Source: Auanema rhodensis (Eukaryota > Animalia > Nematoda). Taken from it: DNA of 64,000 nucleotides. The translations under genes and the position numbers were made by a program. Position 1 is the stretch's first letter, and every line of letters begins with the position of its first letter. Under the pieces are notes generated by a model, which saw only the letters and a program-made list of their open reading frames with translations, did not search any database and was not told the DNA's origin. Location of the stretch: assembly GCA_964057225.1 (NCBI GenBank), contig OZ059899.1, positions 1,116,001 through 1,180,000 of the forward strand, written 5' to 3'. Shown here piece after piece: positions 1 through 12,100 of this stretch.

Positions 1-120
1 GCAAATCTGATAACACAGATCGACGCAACTTAAAAATCCGCATCGAATGCACTATACTACATTTAGAAACGCTTAATACAAAAATTAGTTATGATCGTTT
101 GAAAAATGATGCATTAGTGT

Positions 121-148
121 ATGTTGAGTTTCCATGTACACTCAACAT
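121..148. other. Inverted repeat in each monomer: ATGTTGAGT-(10 nt)-ACTCAACAT
   Basis: Perfect 9-bp arms at pos 121-129 and 140-148. An alternative pairing AGTGTA (116-121) / TACACT (137-142) overlaps it. Confidence 0.9.
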
Positions 149-155
149 TGCTTCC

Positions 156-234
156 AAAAACATTTTGACAAAAATTTTTTCGAAAAATTTCAAAATAATT
201 TAGCGAAAAGTAGATGTTTTTAGATTCCGTTTTT
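156..234. other. A/T-tract block with central palindrome TTTTTCGAAAAA (176-187)
   Basis: A or T runs of 4-6 nt start at pos 156, 163, 170, 175, 183, 192, 205/206, 217 and 230. A 12-bp perfect palindrome is centred on CG 181-182. Confidence 0.85.
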
Positions 235-298
235 CAAGGCAAAGACGATGGACAATGTTATTCAACGAAAAAATTAATTCTTCAGGGTGAAAATCGAG

Positions 299-320
299 GA
301 TATAAGTGTGAACTTATATC
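299..320. other. Inverted repeat in each monomer: GATATAAGT-GTGA-ACTTATATC
   Basis: Perfect 9-bp arms with a 4-nt loop. A second dyad ATATCA-GT-TGATAT (316-329) overlaps it. Confidence 0.9.
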
Positions 321-3159
321 AGTTGATATCTCGGTGCATTTTTAAGCTAGCGCAAATTTGATAACACAGATCGACGCAGCTCAAAAATCCGCATCGAATG
401 CACTATACTACATTGAAAAACGCTTAATACAAAAATTAGTTATGATCGTTTGAAAAATGATGCATTAGTGTATGTTGAGTTTCCATGTACACTCAACATT
501 GCTTCCAAAAACATTTTGACAAAAATTTTTTCGAAAAATTTCAAGATAATTTAGCGAAAAGTAGATGTTTTTAGATTCCGTTTTTCAAGGCAAAGACGAT
601 GGACAATGTTATTCAACGAAAAAAATAATACTTCAGGGTGAAAATCGAGGATATAAGTGTGAACTTATATCAGTTGATATCTCGGTGCTTTTTTAAGCTA
701 GCGCAAATCTGATAACACAGATCGACGCAACTTAAAAATCCGCATCGAATGCACTATACTACATTTAGAAACGCTTAATACAAAAATTAGTTATGATCGT
801 TTGAAAAATGATGCATTAGTGTATGTTGAGTTTCCATGTACACTCAACATTGCTTCCAAAAACATTTTGACAAAAATTTTTTCGAAAAATTTCAAAATAA
901 TTTAGCGAAAAGTAGATGTTTTTAGATTTCGTTTTTCAAGGCGAAGACGATGGACAATGTTATTCAACGAAAAAATTAATTCTTCAGGGTGAAAATCGAG
1001 GATATAAGTGTGAACTTATATCAGTTGATATCTCGGTGCATTTTTAAGCTAGCGCAAATTTGATAACACAGATCGACGCAGCTCAAAAATCCGCATCGAA
1101 TGCACTATACTACATTGAAAAACGCTTAATACAAAAATTAGTTATGATCGTTTGAAAAATGATGCATTAGTGTATGTTGAGTTTCCATGTACACTCAACA
1201 TTGCTTCCAAAAACATTTTGACAAAAATTTTTTCGAAAAATTTCAAGATAATTTAGCGAAAAGTAGATGTTTTTAGATTCCGTTTTTCAAGGCAAAGACG
1301 ATGGACAATGTTATTCAACGAAAAAATTAATTCTTCAGGGTGAAAATCGAGGATATAAGTGTGAACTTATATCAGTTGATATCTCGGTGCTTTTTTAAGC
1401 TAGCGCAAATCTGATAACACAGATCGACGCAGCTCAAAAATCCGCATCGAATGCACTATACTACATTGAGAAACGCTTAATACAAAAATTAGTTATGATT
1501 GTTTGAAAAATGATGCATTAGTGTATGTTGAGTTTCCATGTACACTCAACATTGCTTCCAAAAACATTTTGACAAAAATTTTTTCGAAAAATTTCAAGAT
1601 AATTTAGCGAAAAGTAGATGTTTTTAGATTCCGTTTTTCAAGGCAAAGACGATGGACAATGTTATTCAACGAAAAAATTAATTCTTCAGGGTGAAAATCG
1701 AGGATATAAGTGTGAACTTATATCAGTTGATATCTCGGTGCTTTTTTAAGCTAGCGCAAATCTGATAACACAGATCGACGCAGCTCAAAAATCCGCATCG
1801 AATGCACTATACTACATTGAGAAACGCTTAATACAAAAATTAGTTATGATCGTTTGAAAAATGATGCATTAGTGTATGTTGAGTTTCCATGTACACTCAA
1901 CATTGCTTCCAAAAACATTTTGACAAAAATTTTTTCGAAAAGTTTCAAAATAATTTAGCAAAAAGTAGATGTTTTTAGATTCTGTTTTTCAAGGCAAAGA
2001 CGATGGACAATGTTATTCAACGAAAAAAATAATTCTTCAGGGTGAAAATCGAGGATATAAGTGTGAACTTATATCAGTTGATATCTCGGTGCTTTTTTAA
2101 GCTAGCGCAAATCTGATAACACAGATCGACGCAGCTTAAAAATCCGCGTCGAATGCACTATACTACATTGAGAAACGCTTAATACAAAAATTAGTTATGA
2201 TCGTTTGAAAAATGATGCATTAGTGTATGTTGAGTTTCCATGTACACTCAACATTGCTTCCAAAAACATTTTGACAAAAATTTTTTCGAAAAATTTCAAA
2301 ATAATTTAGCGAAAAGTAGATGTTTTTAGATTCCGTTTTTCAAGGCAAAGACGATGGACAATGTTATTCAACGAAAAAATTAATTCTTCAGGGTGAAAAT
2401 CGAGGATATAAGTGTGAACTTATATCAGTTGATATCTCGGTGCATTTTTAAGCTAGCGCAAATCTGATAACACAGATCGACGCAGCTCAAAAATCCGCAT
2501 CGAATGCACTATACTACATTGAGAAACGCTTAATACAAAAATTAGTTATGATCGTTTGAAAAATGATGCATTAGTGTATGTTGAGTTTCCATGTACACTC
2601 AACATTGCTTCCAAAAACATTTTGACAAAAATTTTTTCGAAAAATTTCAAAATAATTTAGCAAAAAGTAGATGTTTTTAGATTCCGTTTTTCAAAGCAAA
2701 GACGATGGACAATGTTATTCAACGAAAAAAATAATTCTTCAGGGTGAAAATCGAGGATATATGTGTGAACTTATATCAGTTGATATCTCGGTGCATTTTT
2801 AAGCTAGCGCAAATCTGATAACACAGATCGACGCAGCTCAAAAATCCGCATTGAATGCACTATACTACATTGAGAAATGCTCAATACAAAAATTAGTTAT
2901 GATCGTTTGAAAAATGATGCATTAGTGTATGTTGAGTTTCCATGTACACTCAACATTGCTTCCAAAAACATTTTGACAAAAATTTTTTCGAAAAATTTAA
3001 AAATAATTTAGCAAAAAGTAGATGTTTTTAGATTCCTTTTTTCAAGGCAAAGACGATGGACAATGTTATTCAACGAAAAAAATAATTCTTCAGGGTGAAA
3101 ATCGAGGATATAAGTGTGAACTTATATCAGTTGATATCTCGGTGCTTTTTTAAGGTAGC

Positions 3160-6100
3160 GCAAATCTGATAACACAGATCGATGCAGCTTAAAAATCCGC
3201 ATCGAATGCACTATACTACATTGAGAAACGCTTAATACAAAAATTAGTTATGATCGTTTGAAAAATGATGCATTAGTGTATGTTGAGTTTCCATGTACAC
3301 TCAACATTGCTTCCAAAAACATTTTGACAAAAATTTTTTCGAAAAATTTCAAGATAATTTAGCGAAAAGTAGATGTTTTTAGATTCCTTTTTTCAAGGCA
3401 AAGACGATGGACAATGTTATTCAACGAAAAAATTAATTCTTCAGGGTGAAAATCGAGGATATAAGTGTGAACTCATATCAGTTGATATCTCGGTGCATTT
3501 TTAAGCTAGCGCAAATCTGATAACACAGATCGAGGCAGCTCAACAATCCGCATCGAATGCACTATACTACATTGAGAAACGCTTAATAATAAAATTAGTT
3601 ATGATCGTTTGAAAAACGATGCATTAGTGTATGTTGAGTTTCCATGTACACTCAACATTGCTTCCAAAAACATTTTGACAAAAATTTTTTCGAAAAGTTT
3701 CAAAATAATTTAGCAAAAAGTAGATGTTTTTAGATTCCTTTTTTTAAGGCAAAGACGATGGACAATGTTATTCAACGAAAAAATTAATTCTTCAGGGTGA
3801 AAATCGAGGATATAAGTGTGAACTTATATCAGTTGATATCTCGGTGCATTTTCAAGCTAGCGCAAATCTGATAACACAGATCGACGCAGCTCAAAAATCC
3901 GCATCGAATGCACTATACTACATTGAGAAACGCTTAATACAAAAATTAGTTATGATCGTTTGAAAAATGATGCATTAGTGTATGTTGAGTTTCCATGTAC
4001 ACTCAACATTGCTTCCAAAAACATTTTGACAAAAATTTTTTCGAAAAATTTCAAAATAATTTAGCAAAAAGTAGATGTTTTTAGATTCCGTTTTTCAAGG
4101 CAAAGACGATGGACAATGTTATTCAACGAAAAAAATAATTCTTCAGGGTGAAAATCGAGGATATAAGTGTGAACTTATATCAGTTGATATCTCGGTGCTT
4201 TTTTAAGCTAGCGCAAATCTGATAACACAGATCGACGCAGCTTAAAAATCCGCATCGAATGCACTACACTACATTGAGAAACGCTTAATACAAAAATTAG
4301 TTATGATCGTTTGAAAAATGATGCATTAGTGTATGTTGAGTTTCCATGTACACTCAACATTGCTTCCAAAAACATTTTGACAAAAATTTTTTCGAAAAAT
4401 TTCAAGATAATTTAGCAAAAAGTAGATGTTTTTAGATTCCTTTTTTCAAGGCAAAGACGATGGACAATGTTATTCAACGAAAAAATTAATTCTTCAGGGT
4501 GAAAATCGAGGATATAAGTGTGAACTCATATCAGTTGATATCTCGGTGCATTTTTAAGCTAGCGCAAATCTGATAACACAGATCGAGGCAGCTCAACAAT
4601 CCGCATCGAATGCACTATACTACATTGAGAAACGCTTAATAATAAAATTTGTTATGATCGTTTGAAAAACGATGCATTAGTGTATGTTGAGTTTCCATGT
4701 ACACTCAACATTGCTTCCAAAAACATTTTGACAAAAATTTTTTCGAAAAATTTCAAGATAATTTAGCGAAAAGTAGATGTTTTTAGATTCCGTTTTTCAA
4801 GGCAAAGACGATGGACAATGTTATTCAACGAAAAAATTAATTCTTCAGGGTGAAAATCGAGGATATAAGTGTGAACTTATATCAGTTGATATCTCGGTGC
4901 ATTTTCAAGCTAGCGCAAATCTGATAACACAGATCGACGCAGCTCAAAAATCCGCATCGAATGCACTATACTACATTGAGAAACGCTTAATACAAAAATT
5001 TGTTATGATCGTTTGAAAAATGATGCATTAGTGTATGTTGAGTTTCCATGTACACTCAACATTGCTTCCAAAAACATTTTGACAAAAATTTTTTCGAAAA
5101 ATTTCAAAATAATTTAGCAAAAAGTAGATGTTTTTAGATTCCGTTTTTCAAGGCAAAGACGATGGACAATGTTATTCAACGAAAAAAATAATTCTTCAGG
5201 GTGAAAATCGAGGATATAAGTGTGAACTTATATCAGTTGATATCTCGGTGCTTTTTTAAGCTAGCGCAAATCTGATAACACAGATCGACGCAGCTTAAAA
5301 ATCCGCATCGAATGCACTATACCACATTGAGAAACGCTTAATACAAAAATTAGTTATGATCGTTTGAAAAATGATGCATTAGTGTATGTTGAGTTTCCAT
5401 GTACACTAAACATTGCTTCCAAAAACATTTTGACAAAAATTTTTTCGAAAAATTTCAAAATAATTTAGCAAAAAGTAGATGTTTTTAGATTCCTTTTTTC
5501 AAGGCAAAGACGATGGACAATGTTATTCAACGAAAAAATTAATTCTTCAGGGTGAAAATCGAGGATATAAGTGTGAACTCATATCAGTTGATATCTCGGT
5601 GCATTTTTAAGCTAGCGCAAATCTGATAACACAGATCGACGCAGCTCAACAATCCGCATCGAATGCACTATACTACATTGAGAAACGCTTAATAATAAAA
5701 TTAGTTATGATCGTTTGAAAAACGATGCATTAGTGTATGTTGAGTTTCCATGTACACTCAACATTGCTTCCAAAAACATTTTGACAAAAATTTTTTCGAA
5801 AAGTTTCAAAATAATTTAGCAAAAAGTAGATGTTTTTAGATTCTGTTTTTCAAGGCAAAGACGATGGACAATGTTATTCAACGAAAAAAATAATTCTTCA
5901 GGGTGAAAATCGAGGATATAAGTGTGAACTTATATCAGTTGATATCTCGGTGCTTTTTTAAGCTAGCGCAAATCTGATAACACAGATCGACGCAGCTCAA
6001 AAATCCGCATCGAATGCACTATACTACATTGAGAAACGCTTAATAATAAAATTAGTTATGATCGTTTGAAAAACGATGCATTAGTGTATGTTGAGTTTCC

Positions 6101-9100
6101 ATGTACACTCAACATTGCTTCCAAAAACATTTTGACAAAAATTTTTTCGAAAAATTTCAAAATAATTTAGCAAAAAGTAGATGTTTTTAGATTCCGTTTT
6201 TCAAGGCAAAGACGATGGACAATGTTATTCAACGAAAAAAATAATTCTTCAGGGTGAAAATCGAGGATATAAGTGTGAACTTATATCAGTTGATATCTCG
6301 GTGCTTTTTTAAGCTAGCGCAAATCTGATAACACAGATCGACGCAGCTCAAAAATCCGCATCGAATGCACTATACTACATTAAGAAACGCTTAATACAAA
6401 AATTAGTTATGATCGTTTGAAAAATGATGCATTAGTGTATGTTGAGTTTCCATGTACACTCAACATTGCTTCCAAAAACATTTTGACAAAAATTTTTTCG
6501 AAAAATTTCAAAATAATTTAGCAAAAAGTAGATGTTTTTAGATTCCGTTTTTCAAGGCAAAGACGATGGACAATGTTATTCAACGAAAAAAATAATTCTT
6601 CAGGGTGAAAATCGAGGATATAAGTGTGAACTTATATCAGTTGATATCTCGGTGCTTTTTTAAGCTAGCGCAAATCTGATAACACAGATCGACGCAGCTT
6701 AAAAATCCGCATCGAATGCACTATACCACATTGAGAAACGCTTAATACAAAAATTAGTTATGATCGTTTAAAAAATGATGCATTAGTGTATGTTGAGTTT
6801 CCATGTACACTCAACATTGCTTCCAAAAACATTTTGACAAAAATTTTTTCGAAAAATTTCAAAATAATTTAGCAAAAAGTAGATGTTTTTAGATTTCTTT
6901 TTTCAAGGCAAAGACGATGGACAATGTTATTCAACGAAAAAATTAATTCTTCAGGGTGAAAATCGAGGATATAAGTGTGAACTCATATCAGTTGATATCT
7001 CGGTGCATTTTTAAGCTAGCGCAAATCTGATAACACAGATCGACGCAGCTCAACAATCCGCATCGAATGCACTATACTACATTGAGAAACGCTTAATAAT
7101 AAAATTAGTTATGATCGTTTGAAAAACGATGCATTAGTGTATGTTGAGTTTCCATGTACACTCAACATTGCTTCCAAAAACATTTTGACAAAAATTTTTT
7201 CAAAAAATTTCAAGATAATTTAGCGAAAAGTAGATGTTTTTAGATTCCGTTTTTCAAGGCAAAAACGATGGACAATGTTATTCAACGAAAAAATTAATTC
7301 TTCAGGGTGAAAATCGAGGATATAAGTGTGAACTTATATCAGTTGATATCTCGGTGCATTTTCAAGCTAGCGCAAATCTGATAACACAGATCGACGCAGC
7401 TCAAAAATCCGCATCGAATGCACTATACTACATTAAGAAACGCTTAATACAAAAATTTGTTATGATCGTTTGAAAAATGATGCATTAGTGTATGTTGAGT
7501 TTCCATGTACACTCAACATTGCTTCCAAAAACATTTTGACAAAAATTTTTTCGAAAAATTTCAAAATAATTTAGCAAAAAGTAGATGTTTTTAGATTCCT
7601 TTTTTCAAGGCAAAGACGATGGACAATGTTATTCAACGAAAAAATTAATTCTTCAGGGTGAAAATCGAGGATATAAGTGTGAACTCATATCAGTTGATAT
7701 CTCGGTGCATTTTTAAGCTAGCGCAAATCTGATAACACAGATCGACGCAGCTCAACAATCCGCATCGAATGCACTATACTACTTTGAGAAACGCTTAATA
7801 ATAAAATTAGTTATGATCGTTTGAAAAACGATGCATTAGTGTATGTTGAGTTTCCATGTACACTCAACATTGCTTCCAAAAACATTTTGACAAAAATTTT
7901 TTCGAAAAATTTCAAGATAATTTAGCGAAAAGTAGATGTTTTTAGATTCCGTTTTTCAAGGCAAAAACGATGGACAATGTTATTCAACGAAAAAATTAAT
8001 TCTTCAGGGTGAAAATCGAGGATATAAGTGTGAACTTATATCAGTTGATATCTCGGTGCATTTTCAAGCTAGCGCAAATCTGATAACACAGATCGACGCA
8101 GCTCAAAAATCCGCATCGAATGCACTATACTACATTGAGAAACGCTTAATACAAAAATTTGTTATGATCGTTTGAAAAATGATGCATTAGTGTATGTTGA
8201 GTTTCCATGTACACTCAACATTGCTTCCAAAAACATTTTGACAAAAATTTTTTCGAAAAATTTCAAAATAATTTAGCAAAAAGTAGATGTTTTTAGATTC
8301 CGTTTTTCAAGGCAAAGACGATGGACAATGTTATTCAACGAAAAAAATAATTCTTCAGGGTGAAAATCGAGGATATAAGTGTGAACTTATATCAGTTGAT
8401 ATCTCGGTGCTTTTTTAAGCTAGCGCAAATCTGATAACACAGATCGACGCAGCTTAAAAATCCGCATCGAATGCACTATACTACATTGAGAAACGCTTAA
8501 TACACAAATTAGTTATGATCGTTTGAAAAATGATGCATTAGTGTATGTTGAGTTTCCATGTACACTCAACATTGCTTCCAAAAACATTTTGACAAAAATT
8601 TTTTCGAAAAATTTCAAAATAATTTAGCAAAAAGTAGATGTTTTTAGATTCCTTTTTTCAAGGCAAAGACGATGGACAATGTTATTCAACGAAAAAATTA
8701 ATTCTTCAGGGTGAAAATCGAGGATATAAGTGTGAACTCATATCAGTTGATATCTCGGTGCATTTTTAAGCTAGCGCAAATCTGATAACACAGATCGACG
8801 CAGCTCAACAATCCGCATCGAATGCACTATACTACATTGAGAAACGCTTAATAATAAAATTAGTTATGATCGTTTGAAAAACGATGCATTAGTGTATGTT
8901 GAGTTTCCATGTACACTCAACATTGCTTCCAAAAACATTTTGACAAAAATTTTTTCGAAAAATTTCAAGATAATTTAGCGAAAAGTAGATGTTTTTAGAT
9001 TCCGTTTTTCAAGGCAAAAACGATGGACAATGTTATTCAACGAAAAAATTAATTCTTCAGGGTGAAAATCGAGGATATAAGTGTGAACTCATATCAGTTG

Positions 9101-12100
9101 ATATCTCGGTGCATTTTTAAGCTAGCGCAAATCTGATAACACAGATCGACGCAGCTCAACAATCCGCATCGAATGCACTATACTACATTGAGAAACGCTT
9201 AATAATAAAATTAGTTATGATCGTTTGAAAAACGATGCATTAGTGTATGTTGAGTTTCCATGTACACTCAACATTGCTTCCAAAAACATTTTGACAAAAA
9301 TTTTTTCGAAAAATTTCAAAATAATTTAGCAAAAAGTAGATGTTTTTAGATTCCGTTTTTCAAGGCAAAGACGATGGACAATGTTATTCAACGAAAAAAA
9401 TAATTCTTCAGGGTGAAAATCGAGGATATAAGTGTGAACTTATATCAGTTGATATCTCGGTGCTTTTTTAAGCTAGCGCAAATCTGATAACACAGATCGA
9501 CGCAGCTTAAAAATCCGCATCGAATGCACTATACCACATTGAAAAACGCTTAATACAAAAATTAGTTATGATCGTTTGAAAAATGATGCATTAGTGTATG
9601 TTGAGTTTCCATGTACACTAAACATTGCTTCCAAAAACATTTTGACAAAAATTTTTTCGAAAAATTTCAAAATAATTTAGCAAAAAGTAGATGTTTTTAG
9701 ATTCCTTTTTTCAAGGCAAAGACGTTGGATAATGTTATTCAACGAAAAAATTAATTCTTCAGGGTGAAAATCGAGGATATAAGTGTGAACTCATATCAGT
9801 TGATATCTCGGTGCATTTTTAAGCTAGCGCAAATCTGATAACACAGATCGACGCAGCTCAAAAATCCGCATCGAATGCACTATACTACATTGAGAAACGC
9901 TTAATACAAAAATTAGTTATGATCGTTTGAAAAATGATGCATTAGTGTATGTTGAGTTTCCATGTACACTCAACATTGCTTCCAAAAACATTTTGACAAA
10001 AATTTTTTCGAAAAATTTCAAAATAATTTAGCAAAAAGTAGATGTTTTTAGATTCCGTTTTTCAAGGCAAAGACGATGGACAATTTTATTCAACGAAAAA
10101 AATAATTCTTCAGGGTGAAAATCGAGGATATAAGTTTGAACTTATATCAGTTGATATCTCGGTGCTTTTTTAAGCTAGCGCAAATCTGATAACACAGATC
10201 GACGCAGCTTAAAAATCCGCATCGAATGCACTATACTACATTGAGAAACGCTTAATACACAAATTAGTTATGATCGTTTGAAAAACGATGCATTAGTGTA
10301 TGTTGAGTTTCCATGTACACTCAACATTGCTTCCAAAAACATTTTGACAAAAATTTTTTCGAAAAATTTCAGAATAATTTAGCAAAAAGTAGATGTTTTT
10401 AGATTCCGTTTTTCAAGGCAAAGACGATGGACAATGTTATTCAACGAAAAAAATAATTCTTCAGGGTGAAAATCGAGGATATAAGTGTGAACTTATATCA
10501 GTTGATATCTCGGTGCTTTTTTAAGCTAGCGCAAATCTGATAACACAGATCGACGCAGCTTAAAAATCCGCATCGAATGCACTATACCACATTGAAAAAC
10601 GCTTAATACAAAAATTAGTTATGATCGTTTGAAAAATGATGCATTAGTGTATGTTGAGTTTCCATGTACACTCAACATTGCTTCCAAAAACATTTTGACA
10701 AAAATTTTTTCGAAAAATTTCAAGATAATTTAGCGAAAAGTAGATGTTTTCAGATTCCTTTTTTCAAGGCAAAGACGTTGGATAATGTTATTCAACGAAA
10801 AAATTAATTCTTCAGGGTGAAAATCGAGGATATAAGTGTGAACTTATATCAGTTGATATCTCGGTGCATTTTTAAGCTAGCGCAAATCTGATAACACAGA
10901 TCGACGCAGCTCAAAAATCCGCATCGAATGCACTATACTACATTGAGAAACGCTTAATACAAAAATTAGTTATGATCGTTTGAAAAATGATGCATTAGTG
11001 TATGTTGAGTTTCCATGTACACTCAACATTGCTTCCAAAAACATTTTGACAAAAATTTTTTCGAAAAATTTCAAAATAATTTAGCAAAAAGTAGATGTTT
11101 TTAGATTCCGTTTTTCAAGGCAAAGACGATGGACAATTTTATTCAACGAAAAAAATAATTCTTCAGGGTGAAAATCGAGGATATAAGTGTGAACTTATAT
11201 CAGTTGATATCTCGGTGCTTTTTTAAGCTAGCGCAAATCTGATAACACAGATCGACGCAGCTTAAAAATCCGCATCGAATGCACTATACTACATTGAGAA
11301 ACGCTTAATACACAAATTAGTTATGATCGTTTGAAAAACGATGCATTAGTGTATGTTGAGTTTCCATGTACACTCAACATTGCTTCCAAAAACATTTTGA
11401 CAAAAATTTTTTCGAAAAATTTCAGAATAATTTAGCAAAAAGTAGATGTTTTTAGATTCCGTTTTTCAAGGCAAAGACGATGGACAATGTTATTCAACGA
11501 AAAAAATAATTCTTCAGGGTGAAAATCGAGGATATAAGTGTGAACTTATATCAGTTGATATCTCGGTGCTTTTTTAAGCTAGCGCAAATCTGATAACACA
11601 GATCGACGCAGCTTAAAAATCCGCATCGAATGCACTATACCACATTGAGAAACGCTTAATACAAAAATTAGTTATGATCGTTTGAAAAATGATGCATTAG
11701 TGTATGTTGAGTTTCCATGTACACTAAACATTGCTTCCAAAAACATTTTGACAAAAATTTTTTCGAAAAATTTCAAAATAATTTAGCAAAAAGTAGATGT
11801 TTTTAGATTCCTTTTTTCAAGGCAAAGACGTTGGATAATGTTATTCAACGAAAAAATTAATTCTTCAGGGTGAAAATCGAGGATATAAGTGTGAACTCAT
11901 ATCAGTTGATATCTCGGTGCATTTTTAAGCTAGCGCAAATCTGATAACACAGATCGACGCAGCTCAACAATCCGCATCGAATGCACTATACTACATTGAG
12001 AAACGCTTAATAATAAAATTAGTTATGATCGTTTGAAAAACGATGCATTAGTGTATGTTGAGTTTCCATGTACACTCAATATTGCTTCCAAAAACATTTT

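Larger units (their letters stand above)
1..351 (+). repeat. Representative 351-bp monomer (arbitrary phase), ~32% GC
   Basis: Hand count gives about 111 G+C of 351. The monomer has single NheI (GCTAGC, pos 346), EcoRV (GATATC, pos 325), NsiI (ATGCAT, pos 108) and BsrGI (TGTACA, pos 135) sites, plus four TCGA sites. Confidence 0.97.
1..1404 (+). repeat. Duplicated dimer (2 x 702 bp)
   Basis: Monomers 1 and 3 share GCAACT and ATTTAG. Monomers 2 and 4 share AAATTTG, ATTGAAAAA and AAGAT. Confidence 0.85.

Noticed and set aside
178-194. CENP-B box (TTCG-N4-A-N2-CGGG)
   Set aside because: Only TTCG....A matches, and the CGGG half is absent.
299-345. Rho-independent terminator or bacterial promoter
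   Set aside because: The stem is AT-rich, the T-run is not adjacent to it, there are no genes, and the context is a eukaryote-type satellite.
1-351. Tandem 5S rRNA, tRNA, snRNA or spliced-leader gene unit
   Set aside because: I recognise no 5S, tRNA cloverleaf, snRNA or SL sequence in either strand by eye. An Rfam scan was not run.
1-351. Assignment to Drosophila 1.688 (359 bp) or a named beetle ~350-bp satellite
   Set aside because: Only length and AT content are similar, and I cannot confirm sequence identity without a search.
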